From Octopus vulgaris (lineage: Eukaryota): DNA of 64,000 nt. Of this stretch, positions 40,037 through 54,000 are shown piece after piece (positions within the stretch are counted from its first letter, which is position 1; each line of letters begins with the position of its first letter). The notes below the pieces were generated by a model. That model was not told the origin of the DNA. It was given only the letters and a program-made list of their open reading frames with translations, and did not search any database. Location of the stretch: NCBI GenBank assembly GCA_951406725.2, contig OX597818.1, positions 141,360,001 through 141,424,000 of the forward strand. Reading direction: 5' to 3'. The translations under genes were made by a program, and so were the position numbers.

Positions 40037-40345
40037 TATCACCGTGATCACCGTGACCGACCAGGCTATCAGATGTTGCTACACATTGCTGGTCACCATG
40101 CGCTTTGCATTGTTTTAGCCTTCAAATGACTCCACCCCGCTGGCTAAGCGAGCAGGCCAACAGAAGAAAGAGCGAGAGAAAGTTGTGATGAAAGAGTACA
40201 GCAGGGATCGCCACCAGCCTCTGCCCGAGATTCGTGGGGCTTTAGGTGTTTTCGCTCAATAAACACTCACAACGCCCGGTCTGGGAATCGAAACCACGAT
40301 CTTACGGCCGCGAGTTCGCGGCCCAACCACTGGGCCTTTACGCCC
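40037..40345 (-). mobile_element. SINE family A, tail type 3
   Basis: Family A head with tail ending (CACGGTGAT)2; same subfamily as 45638-45950. Confidence 0.88.
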
Positions 40346-40736
40346 CCCCCCCACACACATATATATATCTATATATAATTGAGAAACTTGGAGTTAACAA
40401 GAAAAGGTACGGTGGGACATTTATTTCTTAATTACTTTGATTGTTTCCATGCATCGTAATTCTCCAGGTGTGTCGGTACTTGATTATGCAACTGTTTCCC
40501 TGAATTATGAGATCTAGTTGTGTTTCCTCATGCGATATGTAAGTATTCTCTTCGTGAGTTTAAAATCCTTAGGTTCAAGAACACCTCTTCTGTCTGTCGT
40601 GGCCGGAATTTAATAGTAATCACTGAGATTCTCAAGGTGTGTTGACTTTGATGAATCGTTGGCAGATTGCTTTTGCGGACGAGCTATATATTGTACTCAA
40701 CTACGTCCTTAACCGAATATACTCATAATACTATGA

Positions 40737-40787
<51 letters not shown>

Positions 40788-40821
40788 AATACACCTGTAC
40801 CTGTACTGTTACTCATTCATA

Positions 40822-40859
<38 letters not shown>

Positions 40860-41104
40860 AACACAAACACGAACACACAAACACTTGAAGATGCACAATG
40901 CACACATGCATTCACACTCATACATGCATGCATACACATACATACATGCATACATACAAACATACAAATGTGTATCCGCACGCACACTTTCTATATGTGT
41001 GTGTGTATATGTGTGTGTGCAGATGAACGTAAGACTGTCCTGTGAATATGTGCGATTTTCATGTGCAAACTTATATGGATATGCATGTTTCCTTATATGC
41101 AGTT

Positions 41105-42293
41105 ATATTTTAGAATTCTAATGGCAATAAAAATTATTTAAACTAATTAAATATTATTTGACAGAATAACAGAATTAAAATTTCTTTGATTAAAGCCTTT
41201 TCTAACATGGAAGTATCCAAAGAGCATTTAAGGCACATAATGCTTTATGAGTACAAAAAATGGAAACTCTGCAGCCGAAGCGACTCGAAACATACACTCA
41301 GGTTAAGGGAAAGAATGCTTGAATGAAGGAACTTGCAGAAGATGGTTTGCAAAATTTAGAAGTAGAGATTTCAGTCTTGAAGCTGAAGATCAAACAGTTG
41401 GGTTTGACGATTAGCTCTTTGAGGTATTACTTGAAGAAAATTCTGTATTATCAGCTGAAGAATTAGCAATAAAGCTTAGTTCAAATCATATAACTGTTCA
41501 TCGTAATCTTCAACAACTTGGAAAGGTTCCTAAACTTGGAAAATGGGTGCCTCATGAATTGTCCCGCAAATCCCGAGTTGACATCTGCTCTTAACTCCAT
41601 TCTCGCGTACTCATTTCATCCTTTTTGGACTTGTGACTGGTGACTAAAAATAGATCTTCTATCGAAATGTTAAATGTCGTAAACAGTGGCTTGGTAAAAG
41701 GGAAAAAAGCTCAACCACAACCGAGAAGGGAACTTCATGGGAAAAAGGTTCTTCTCTCTATCTGGTGGGATTGCAAAGGAGTAATTCACTTTGAATTGTT
41801 ACCACCTAATGCAATAATTAATGCTCAAGCCTACTTTCAGTAATAAGAGCGTTTGAAATAAGCTCTGAAGAAGAAAAAAAGACCTGCATTAGTAAATCAA
41901 AAAGGAGTGATGTTTCATCAGGACAATGCGCGACCTCATACTGAAAAAATCACATCACAGAAGATCGAAGATTTTGGTTGGGAAAAAATTTCTCATCCAC
42001 CTTATTCTCCCGACCTTGCTCCTTCAGACTACCATTTGTTTCGTAGTTTACAGAATCATTTGGGGGACATAACTTTCGCAAGCCAGGAGGAGGTCGAAAC
42101 TGACATTTCAGAGTTCTTCGCTTTGAAACCAAAAGAGTTTTACATTGATGCGATTAAAAAGCTTGTAAATAGATGGAAGGAAGTCATAGATAATCAGGGA
42201 AAGTACATTGATGATTAAATTTCAATTAAATATAACATTTGGTCACTTGTTTTCTTTATTCAAAATTCGAACAGAACTTATGGGATGACCTGA
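41105..42293 (+). mobile_element. Decayed mariner transposon (5' TIR not found)
   Basis: 3' TIR CAGAACTTATGGGATGACCTGA|TA. Confidence 0.9.
41207..42218 (+). pseudogene. Mariner DD34D transposase pseudogene
   Basis: MEVSKEHLRHIMLYE, WVPHEL, LHGKKVLLSIWWDCKG, HQDNARPH..YSPDLAPSDYHLF (34 residues between the last two D). Confidence 0.95.
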
Positions 42294-42308
42294 TATATAC
42301 ATTTATAT

Positions 42309-42412
<104 letters not shown>

Positions 42413-42499
42413 CGTACATAAATACATACATGCACATATAAACACACATACACACATACATACACATACATAAATATGCATTCACATACATATATTTAA

Positions 42500-45110
42500 A
42501 AAAGTTTCAGTATTGCTAGTTTAGAGAATTTAGACGCAGTCGACATTTTCTTATGAAATGCATTTCCTTGCTAATGCGTTCATTTTGGTTAACATTGTCT
42601 TTGAATTTGTATAATGGAAACGTTGTGAATTTGGGAAATTTGTTGGATGCACATTCATCGATGTACTGGCTGAGAGATATTTTCCTGTATTTTCCTGTCC
42701 AATATATTGCTGTTTATATCCCGAGCATGTAATTAAGTAAACCAAGTTCTCCGATGCACATGTAAAATTAGTTTTTGTGGTGAAATTATGGCCTTGTTCT
42801 AATCGGTATTCTGATCCTTGTATTATGTTGATACAGATTCCACAGTTTGGTCTCCCCCTTTTTTTACTGTCAGCTTAGTGGTTATTGCTGAGTGTAATTT
42901 GGCCTAGGTTAAAATCTTTTTCACTGATTTGATTGTCACATGATTGTGTGTGTCTTGAGGATTTGATTCATCTCTGGGTCTGTCTTGAGTAGATCTGCGC
43001 TGTGGCGTGTAGTGTTGAAGGCCTCATTGTTATGTAGGTTTTGTGTGGAAATGTAAGGCAGGGTTTTCAATATTTCTTCCTTCTTTGGTCATGGTTATCT
43101 AAGTTCTTCTGTATTTAATTTAAATACTCATTGGATCGTATTGTCGATTAAGGGTTGTGGGTAATTCCTATTGATGGATATTCATGCTGGTGTGTCTCGG
43201 GTGGCAAGAATCACATGGCAGGTTCTGTTTCGAGTCTCTATTTTGTTCCTGACTTTCTTAATAAGGATATCTAAAAACGGTAGTTGTTTCTAGTTGTACT
43301 CTATCGTTAATTGGAAGTTTTCATTTATTCCATTTGGAAGAGTTTGGAATTAGTTAAGTTTTTCTATACTTTCATTCCAGAGGATGAAGCAGTCATCGAG
43401 ATAACTTTTCCATTTGTTTTGAATGTAGGTGGGAAAGGAGTTTCCATATTTCGAGATAGCCCATTACCAGGTTCGCAAAAGAAGGTGCAATCCGTGTTCC
43501 CATTGCTGTCCCCGATTTGTGTTGGAAGTAGTCATTGTTAAATATAAAATAATTGTTTTCTATAATATATCTTAGTCCTTCTATAATGAGTCCTTTTTTA
43601 ATGCGGGAGGGGATTTCATCAGTGTAATTGTCTAACCAGAATGTGATGGCTTCCATTCCTAGGTGTGGGGGATGTTTCAATATAGGTTGACTACGTCGAA
43701 GGATACTAGCAGGGTTTTCTCATTGACCGTTTTTGGGAGGTGGTTGAGCATGTCCAGATCATCCTTTATATAGCGCTTGATGTGTTTGAGGAAGTGATTC
43801 AGTAGAGCGTCCAGGAAGTTGCTGAGGCGGTGGGTTTCGCATGTTGGACCTACTATTATTGGTCTTAGTTTCAGGTCATCAGGTGAGGGGACCTTGATGA
43901 TTATGTCTGTAGCTTCTTGGCATGCTTCGCTTATTATTCTGCTTTTGTGGATTTTGGCGATACCGTGGAACAAACTTGATTTACTTTTGAAATTGGTAAT
44001 GTAGTCGTATTCCTTGTCTGTGAGTCCTCGATATGAGTTAATTAACGTCCTGAGATTATTTATTATTTCATGTTGGCTACAGTCTTGGGCCTTTTCGTAA
44101 TATCTCTCATCCCCTTATAGAGATCGTACTAGATTTTTACAGTACCTTGCGTTACCTTTATCTGCCTCTTTATTGTTATGGTTGTATCTTCTTTTAGTTC
44201 GTTAAGGTCTTTCCATTCTCTTTTGTTAAAGTTTGGCCTGTGTTTTTGTTTATTTGTGAGTTGATAAGGGTAATTGATGTGCTCGCAGTTTGATTCTTTC
44301 CTTTGGTAAGGGTGTAGTTGCTACTGTTTCTAGCTATTGAATCGTCGTCGATCTGTTTGTCACAAAATTCCTCGACTAGTCTTTATTTTCTACAAAATTC
44401 GAAAATATCGTCTTTCATTTCATGGTAATTTGATCGTTGGGAGTTGGTGTTTATCTTAGCCTCTTGGATAGTATGTTTATCTGGTTGGGTGTAAGTTCAT
44501 TATTAGAGAGATTGACTATTTTAATTTTCTGTGATTTCTCTGGGACGTCCGATGCCATCGTGTATCTGTCTCCTGTTGCTATAATTTTTATAGTGAGTTT
44601 GTGGTGTACTATTTTGTAGTGTGTTTTTGAACCTCGTGTTCCGTCTTAGTGTTTCACGTATAGAATGTTGGCAGTTGTTTCTTCTGTAGTGGGTTTGTTG
44701 TTTATTATGGTTACATGGTGGGTTCCTAGAGTATAGGCTTCATTGGTGTGTTTTAGTTGGGTTATGTAGATTGTGGCTCTTAATGTTGTGTGGTGAATCC
44801 CTGTAGGTGTTTGGTGGTACATTTATGTGGCATGGAGTACGTTCAAAATGTCTTTCTCGGGAGGGAAGTATGTTCGGTTTTCCTGGTGGTTGTTCAATTA
44901 TGATAGATTGTGGTTTTGTTTTTCTTAATTTTAGGAAGGAGTTGTTGGAGATGTGTTCGTTTTTGAAGTTGGTTTCATAAATCGAAAACCAGTTCGGGCT
45001 ATTTTGTATCGTTGGTGGGATATATTTCCTCTTTTTCACACTCCTCTTTCCATAATTTTAGCATTGTTTCTGTGTTGGGGCCTTGTGTTTGTTGAGTTCC
45101 TTGTGTACAT
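42500..45110 (-). mobile_element. Decayed Penelope-like element (RT + GIY-YIG; Cys linker suggests Neptune group)
   Basis: IVNLSNNELT, IKEADKG, KIHK, LRPII, LVSFDVVNLY, GTAMGTRIAPSFANLVMG, YLDD, FLDI, CGIC..NFTCASENLVYLITCSGYKQQYIGQ. Confidence 0.93.
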
Positions 45111-45260
45111 ATATATATGTATATATATGCATATATATGGATATAGATCTGTATATATGTTTGTATGTATGCATATATATATGTGTGTGTGTATGCCTGT
45201 GTATATGTATGTATGTATGTAGAAGAGTATTGTAGTTCGCTTGAAGCATTGTGCATTGTT

Positions 45261-45583
45261 TGTAAAGAAAAAAAGTTTTGAATGGTACAAGAATGCACTA
45301 TAATACAAACATGGAGCTATATACCTGTCGTAATTTAGTCACCCATAGTCTGATATGATATTTCGAAATAAAATTCCTTCTTCAGGTATTATAAGACGGA
45401 GCTGCTGTGATAATCGGTTTTCCAACCTATTATAGCAGCAACTCCATCTAAGAATACCTGAAGAAGGAATTTTATTTCGAAATATCATATCAGACTATGG
45501 ATGACTAAATTATGACAGGTATATAACCCGTTGTTTGTATTATAGTGCATTGTTGTACCATTCAAGACTTTTTATTCTTTATA
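45261..45583. repeat. ~320-bp imperfect hairpin next to the PLE 5' end
   Basis: Arms 45261-45419 and 45424-45583 around a TTCC loop; each arm has CTGAAGA..TTCGAAA. Confidence 0.9.
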
Positions 45584-45587
45584 CATG

Positions 45588-45637
<50 letters not shown>

Positions 45638-45644
<7 letters not shown>

Positions 45645-45945
45645 CGCAATGGCCCAGTGGTTAGGGCAGCGGACTCGCGGTTCTAGGATCGCGGTTTCGA
45701 TTCCCAGACTGGGCGTTGTTAGTGTTTATCCAGCGAAAACACCTAAACTTCCACGAGGCTCCGGCTGAGGGCGATGGCGATCTCTGCTGTACTCTTTCGC
45801 CACAACTTTCTCTCACTCTTTCTTCTGTTGGCCTGCTCACTTAGCCAGCGGGGTGGCGTCATTTGAAGGCTAAAACAATGCGAAGTGCATTGTGTTCAGC
45901 GATGTGTAGCAACATCTGATAACCTGGTCGGTCACGGTGATCACG

Positions 45946-45950
<5 letters not shown>
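45638..45950 (+). mobile_element. SINE family A, tail type 3
   Basis: GAGGCGCAATGGCCCAGTGGTTAGGGCAGCGG...GGTCACGGTGATCACGGTGAT. Confidence 0.9.
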
Positions 45951-45989
<39 letters not shown>

Positions 45990-47599
45990 CGCATACATAT
46001 ATATCATTTATCTCTGTCTGTGTGTACATGCATGCGTGTGCGTCTGTGTATGTATATATGTATGTTTCCAAACATGTGTGTACGCCCGTGACATGTGTGC
46101 ATGTAATTACATTCGCATATATGTATGCGCATACCTATGCTCACAGGTGGTAGAACTGTGTGAAATATATACATTAATCGTTCTATCTCGAAAGTAGCTG
46201 AATTAATTCTTTTTTTAATTTTTTATATATGTTATTTATTTATTTTTTATTTGTATAAGTAATTCCATACTTTTGAAACGTGAATGATTGTGAATTTTCA
46301 CATAGTTACAGTTATAACAAGTGAAATATTTACATAGCCACTACATTTTGGTGAATATTTAAAAGGTAATTACTTAGCTATACCCTCATTGAATAGATCT
46401 AAATAGAATTGTTGTGGGAAGATAACTCTTACACAATTGCCCCATTTTATCAAGTGGATATTTTTCGAATCAAACCAGAACGGATTTGAAATATGCGATA
46501 AAACACTTTTATTTTGCTCTACCTTTAATTTTTATGTAACTGATAAATTTTATGAAATGGTAATATTCAGAAATTTTACAGAGGCATGTCTCTAAACACG
46601 TATTTAAAAAGATTCACTTAGTCCCAGAGCGCATGCGTTCTGATAATAAACTTACAATGTGGCTTATACATATTTCATCATAATTCAAACATTTGATACA
46701 ATATATTAAAACTTTTGCTTTTACAGTTTATATTTGCTTTTGAAAAGATTGTCTTTGTGTGGTTGTAATGACCATCATGTATTAGTGGACATGTATCACA
46801 ATGTTTGACATTGATTTAGAATTCAGATGAGGAGTTTTGTCTGTTGTTCGGATTAATATATAGACAAGAGATAAAGACCGACCGACAGACAGACAGAGAA
46901 ATAATATTTTTGTGCAGTTTGGCTAGAAAAAATATGTAGGGCTACAAAAATAGAGATATATTATGACTGAAATAAATGCAGTTTACTAACAGTATTTTGC
47001 GATTAAACAATTTTCTTTAGAGAGCGATGCGCAATTGGGTGCATAATTTGAAGTTAAGCCACTAAATATGATACAAAGTCGTAAATAAACCCTAGAGTCA
47101 ACACTATACATTGAAAATTCTTTTTAAAGAAGTTAAAAATTTTAATTTAGGCATCCTTATATTACGTGTATTAAAACGAATCACAAAATACATTTTGTAT
47201 TTTTGGTTTTTATCGAAAAAGTTTCTATCCTTTCTTTTTGGCTTTAAGTTTCTTTTTAAATATATATCAATGAGTTTAGTTGGACATTTAAATATAATTA
47301 TATCTTTTAAATAGATTTGTGTTTAATATGTTTTATCTGGGGAAGTTTTAACGTCGTGTACGATTGAGAATATTTTAATGATTTATTAATATTTGATATA
47401 TATTGGTCTCATCATCAATCTGAAAGAAATATTGACTGTTTCTGATAGCTCTGCACTGTTTATTTACGTTAACTGTTTAAACTAATCAGTAACTCAATAA
47501 ATAAATGAATAAATAAATGACAACAACTTTCAGCTAAACCTAAATCAATATCCCTGAAACTTTCTAACATTATCTAATGTGTCTTCTTTGTGAGATTGC

Positions 47600-48060
47600 A
47601 TATATTAGTTCGTTTTCCAATAAAGCTGTAATTCCTCTACCTGAATTTATGGATCGACTGTATTGAAGAACCTTTGAAGATCTATGAATATTCCACATTC
47701 AAATTTTTGATTCACGAATGCTGTATCGAGAATACAAATTCTATTTTTGAACTATGTTGGTTGTCTAAAAGTCAAAATACAGCTTATTGATTTAATTAGG
47801 TTGCTTGGAATTTGTAGAATCTAAAGTATAATAGTTTTTTCTTTAATATCTTATTGATGATAGAAAGTTTTCGCATTCAAAGCGTCATTCCATTGTGAAT
47901 TGTGACAACTTTTACAGCTTAAATTTGTTTGATGTTTTATATATTTTATGTGGTAAGTAGACAGTTTTGATGTTGTTTTGCATATTAAAGATATTATTTC
48001 AGTTATATTACTAAACATGGCGATGGATAATGTTTCAGTTCCACTTCGAAAGATATATTT
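47600..48060 (-). mobile_element. Ancient CR1/L2-group RT remnant
   Basis: CGIFIDLQRFFNTVD (compare GIFIDLxKAFDTVDH) at about 47655-47700. Confidence 0.5.
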
Positions 48061-48959
48061 TATGATGGAGATTTTATCAATAGAGAATGTTTTCTTTTCT
48101 CACTTTACTTATGCATTCTTTTGAAGTTAACTGAGACACTGCTGCTTAAAACTGACTCCCTTTGAATTAAGTAGGGGCAACGGCCGTACGAAATAAATTA
48201 TTTCTAAAATAGAATATGTGTGAAGTAGTGAATGTTATTCTTATTAGGATTTTAATTACTGCATAAACGGCATATTACATAATTTACCACTTTTTGTAAT
48301 ATAATTTTCCTTTCATACTAATATTAATTTATTGATTGCATGTATACATTTAGTTTTTCAGAAATATAAACGAATATTAATAGTTTGAATTTGAGAAAAC
48401 TAATCATATAGTTAAAATGTCAATTTCTATATCAATGAGAAATATTCATAAAGAAATCCAAAATAATTTCAATGAAAGTTTTAGACTGTTTTGTAATATT
48501 TTTTAGATATTTAATACGAATATCTTTTTGACTTGGGCAATTGATATTTCCATAACTTGTGTTGTTTACCGTTAATAGACCAGCATTAAAACTAATTGCA
48601 AATGCTGTTGAAAAACCATAAAAAGATTATTTTACTCTATTCTGCATTCACTTGCCCTACCAATAAAGCTTTCTTGATGTGTATGCGGTAGTGTAATCAT
48701 CCAAGTATGCAAGTAAACACCCCTACGTTTGTATAGTGGTACCACATTCTTGTTATATACACTATCTCAGGACAAACGAGGAAAACTCCAAACGAAGCAG
48801 AGATGTAACATTACATACTCGAACTTTTCACAACCGATAGAACCGCTTTTCTTTACTCTGTGCTATCTTACTCTCCCAGGTTTTGTTGGTTTTGAATTGT
48901 CATTGATGTGCCTGTAACTTCACTTTTTCAAGGCCCCACTTAAACCTAATTTTACCACT

Positions 48960-49145
48960 GGGATGAGATGATCGTATTAGTATGGCCTCTCTCTTTTGAC
49001 CTGTCCAGTAGAGCGAGCTCTACATAGGATGTCTCTCTTAGTGTGAGAGGCTGCTATACCACATGCCTCCATATCCCCAACACAAGTCACCATACACCAA
49101 CACAAGCCACCATGCCCCAACAAGGACAGGACGTTGTCGTGGGAA
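48960..49145 (-). mobile_element. RTE 5'-UTR-like remnant
   Basis: Minus strand CCTTGTTGGGGCATGGTGGCTTGTG..GGACAGGTCAAAAGAGAGAGGCCA.ACTAA resembles RTE leaders. Confidence 0.35.
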
Positions 49146-50280
49146 ATGTAGCATTAAGTGAATAAGTATTAGAAATCTCTAAAATCGCTTGGTCACACAT
49201 TTTGGGGACCACAACTCATATCCGTCTTAATTGTTCTTGTCTGTGAGGAATAATTATATTTTCCCAAAAGGATGCCATTAGTAAAATGCGATGACTATCA
49301 ACATTCAAATAAAAAGAAACTCTAGCAAGCGTGGCAGTTGAATAATTAAGAGAATTAAGAGAGCAATAATAGCTGTTAACGATGGGAAATAGCAGATAGG
49401 TCTCTCTTAATCTTCTGGAAGAAATGTTAAGAAATGAAGAACATATGAAGTTCTGGTAATATTTTTCGATAATATACATTATCAGAGGCATTAGTTTTCT
49501 TAAATATCTTCATAGATTTCACAGATTATTTGAAAGCGATATTAGATAATTATGAATATGGCTGAAAAAAGAATAAAAGATGTACAATAGTTTCACATCT
49601 TCATCGCAACAATATTTATATGTTCTGTTCCATATACTTCTGATGTATAAAATAAATATTGTTATCCTTTTTGATTCGATGCAGGTCGTCTCTGACGTAA
49701 CAGACTTATGATTCCACTCATAAATAATTTGAATAATTTTACAGGACATAACGAAATCCTCGTTTCCCAGAGGTACTAATTACAAATAAAACTCCTTGAA
49801 TTTTAAACGGTGTAGTCTCTCCGTGGTCGCTTGATCTGCTTCATGTAGCAGACAAATTTTACTGAAAGGCCACGGGAAAAATAGGACAATTACAGCTGAA
49901 ATATCTACTATCATTTGCCTGTATGATTAGAGTTAACCGGGGAGTTGAAGAAGAGAAGCTTCCTATATCTATGCATTCATTTTTCTCTAAGTCTAGTATC
50001 AGGCTATATAATTAGTCCTAAATCAATAGTGTATGAGATTTAGATTATGCAATGAAAACAGCTCTAGATTTGAATCTTTATCTACATAACATACTTAACG
50101 TATGTATGTATATCGTGGAAATATCAGGCGTAGCGACCAGTGATGCCTCTGGCTTCTCTATAATAAAAATATGCTAAATATGTCATATATGTGTACGCAT
50201 TCAGACTGTTAGGACGAAATCACAGCTGAAATTAGGGAGGGGAGCACTTTTTATGTATCCCCGACGCTGGACATTATAAT

Positions 50281-50329
50281 GTATCTTTTTAATTTCGAGC
50301 TTCAGATGAGACCCCGTCATCAGGGACAC
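50281..50329 (-). ncRNA. Degenerate hammerhead motif
   Basis: GTGTCC CTGATGA CGGG..CTC GAA ATTAAA A AGATAC; U16.1 lost. Confidence 0.4.
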
Positions 50330-51093
50330 AAAAAAAGATGTGTTCATCAGTTCAGACACATACCGCAACGGTATCAGCTGCCTCAGACCCAAATGAATGA
50401 ACTTGAAAGACACTGCTTTGGTTAATACTTAACCATAGACTTGGGTATGAAAAGCATACGAGTACACGGGTTACAAGGGACGAACAGACGAAAACTATCC
50501 CGTCTAGCAACAAACTGCAACGACCAACAACTAAAGCGAACGCTGTACTTTTGTGCATTACATATGCGAGAGCATATACGGGAGAGGATGATGAGGATGA
50601 GAAAGATAAGGAGGAGGAGGAGGAGGAGGAGGGGACAGAGAAGAAATGTCAAGATATCGCACAAGACAAAATGTAATGCAAAAGAATATTAACAGACAGT
50701 GTTTAAAGTACATGAGCGGAAAGAGGAGATGGCCGCGAGAGGAGATTCAACAGTAAATGTTAAAGGAAAAGTGTGGGAAAATATATCCATATAAAAGATG
50801 TAACGTAAAGGTAGAGAGGTTGTGGAGATAGTGAATCAACCATCTATAAGTGACAGGGAAAGAATAATATATTAAAACAAAAGATAAAATATCGAGACAA
50901 AAGATAGCATGTAGAATTTTTGAGAGAAAGTAAGGCTTACAATTAATGGAGAGGAAGGTGGTGTGAATTATAAGATACATAGACATACTGCAAAGTAGCA
51001 AGAGACGGGGCTTAAATATGTATTTGTTATAAAACGAACGTCTTTGATTGTGTGCATAGAAGAAAATGTGTATGGCTTTCACAGACAGAGAGG

Positions 51094-51140
<47 letters not shown>

Positions 51141-51628
51141 GCGAGAGAAAGAGAGAAAGAAAGAGAGAGAGAGAGAGAAAGAATGTATGAGACAGAAAGT
51201 GACAGGAAACAGGAACAGAAATGAAATAGATCAAATTTTTGAAAGAGAATAAACATAATAAGCAAAACTGTAAAAGAGAAGGTACATGAGAAAGAATGAA
51301 GAAAATCCAAGACAGAGAGAGAGAGAGAGAGACAGAAAGAAAGAGAGAGAGAAAGAAAGACAGACAGACAGACAGAGACAGAAACAGAGAGATATACGCA
51401 TAGAGAGAGAGAAAGACAGAGAATGAAAAAGTTATTTAAATAGGATGAATTAATCGAGAAGTAGGAAATAGCGGTTGTCTGTTAGAGAGGAGAGGTGACA
51501 GAGTGAAAAGTACAGTAATATCACAAAGCCAAAAACCTACCATAAAATTTCAAGGATATTTAGTAACAGAAATCATTGACATATTTTAAAGATAAGGTTT
51601 TTTCTTGGCAATGATACATAAACAACAA

Positions 51629-51629
51629 T

Positions 51630-51686
<57 letters not shown>

Positions 51687-51981
51687 AACTACTACTACTA
51701 CTACTATCTACTACTACTACTACTGCTACAACTACTACTACTACTAATACTACTACTACTACTACTATCACTACTACTACTACTGCTGCTACTACTACAA
51801 CTACTACTACATGTAGCTCCTGCTGCTACTACTACTTGTAGCTGTAGTAGTAGTAGTGGTAGTAGTAGTAGTAGTAGCAGTAGTAGTAGAAGTAGTAGTA
51901 GTAGTAATAGTAGTAGTAGTAGCAGCAGTAAAAATTAAGAAAATCAAGAACAACAACTATAAAGCAACAACAACAATAATA

Positions 51982-52033
<52 letters not shown>

Positions 52034-52062
52034 CAACAACAACAACAATAATAATAATAATA
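51629..52062. repeat. (ACT)n then (AGT)n, then (AAT/AAC)n microsatellites
   Basis: Direct reading. Confidence 0.95.
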
Positions 52063-52751
52063 AGCAAACGGAAATACACCAAAAATTTATAAATAAGATA
52101 TGTGTAAAAACAATTCTAGCACACATATGAAGAGAAATCAAATTTAAAAAAATATATATGCAACTTCATCTTTTTTCTTTTTTATGAGAAGAACGTGACT
52201 AGAGAAGGAAAAATCATTTCCTATTATTAAATTTCAAAGTACTTGACCGGAAAATAAATATTTATTTTATTATACAAGCTTTGTTTGTGAAAATATACAC
52301 TTAAGTGTATAAAGTAATGTTTGGTTTGTTTGAAAGCAGTTTTAGTTTTAATTTTCAACGTTTGCTGCGGAATAATGATATATGTTTTTAAAAAAATGCA
52401 TCTGAATATGATGAAGTTGTATATTTGGAAGAATATGTAGGAAAGAAATGTACATTTTTGTTATCATAATAATAACAAGTGACATAATAGAGTGAATGTA
52501 TATATTTATACTGAGCACAAACAGATTATACACAACCAAGCTTAAATATATGCACACACACACACACACACATACATATATGTATATAAAACTTGTATAC
52601 TGCATGAGCGGTTGAACGTCAGAATCTCTGAGTACCAACAAAGGGGAGTAAAATGGAAATTATAAATAAACGTTACGATATGAATTGAACAGTTTTCTGT
52701 ATGCAACCAACCGTACATAAATACGCATTTACATGTATGTATGTGTGTGTG

Positions 52752-52797
<46 letters not shown>

Positions 52798-53209
52798 TGT
52801 GCGTGTGTGTGTGTGTAAACATTAGTACATTTAAAATATGTTTGTAACATCTTTCAGCTTCTAAAGGCAAATTCACTGCAGTTACCGTGTTAGACAAATT
52901 CTCTATTATGGTAAATAGGTGCAAAAACACCATATTAGCGCAATGAGGCCACCTGTCGGACTCCCAGATTTAAAGCCGTAGGGTCTGTACCAGCCAGATA
53001 TTGTGTTTATACATCTTTTTACCATAAGAGAGCAATTTTTTTTTCATGGTTAATGCGGTGCATTTGCCTGTAGATATTGAAATACATCACGAATATATTT
53101 TAACTACCCTGAAGTTCGCTAATCCTAATCTCTGCTTGGCGCTGCAGATTTCTCTAGACTCGGCGGTCCAATTGCGGAACTCAGTCAATGTTGACTGCAT
53201 TTTAGCTAA

Positions 53210-54000
53210 AGCTACGGCTGTACGTGTGTCTGTGTGTGCTATGTGTTATGGGTATGTCTGTTTTTGTTGGGTCATCATTGTTGCGTGAAATATCTGTTGT
53301 AGTTATGCTGTTTTTATATCTGTTCTTGCCCTTGTTATTCTTCCGTGGAAATATGTTGTTGCATCTGTTATTGATGTACCTGCTGTTTTTGCCCATTGTA
53401 GTTGGTGTTGTGATTGTTGTTGTTTTGCTTTGCGTTCTGTTGTCTGTGTCTTCCATTGGAACTGTTGTTGGTGTCGTGCTAGATGTTGACTATGCTACTG
53501 ATGTTGTCATGACGTTATATCTATGTTTGCTACGTTTGCTCTTGCTGTACCTTCTGATGTGCCTGCTACTGCTGTCTTTGTAGTTTCTGATGTTGTTGTA
53601 CATGGTGGGGTTACGTTTGTTGATGATGCATCTGTTCTTTTCTTTGTTGCATTGTCTGTTGTATTTGTTGTTTTCCTGTTGTGCTTAACGTTGCGGTTTC
53701 TCTTACGTTTGATGTTGATGTTGTGTTTGTTGTTTAACTCGTTGTTACAAAAGTAGTTGCTGTGTCTGCTCTTTCTATACTTGATATGTTGTCTTTTGAC
53801 GCTGTACCTGTCGTTCTCGAGTCATGTTGTATCTGTCGTTGTTGAGATTGATATTGTTGTATCTGTTGTTGTCATGTCTCTTATTGATTGTTTTGTGTGC
53901 TGATGCTTGATAGATATTACTTTTTCTGTTGTATTGTGACTGTTTTCTGCTGTGTTGTGTATGACGTTGTTAAGTCTCCTGCTGTTGCAATGTCTATTGT
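53210..54000. repeat. Degenerate (GTT/GT)-rich low-complexity tract
   Basis: Strong T/G strand bias; its ORFs are V/L- or T/N-rich artefacts. Confidence 0.7.

Noticed and set aside
49216-49749. Minus ORFs as chemoreceptor fragments
   Set aside because: No Cys-loop or GPCR motifs; the plus strand only weakly resembles a decayed RTE.
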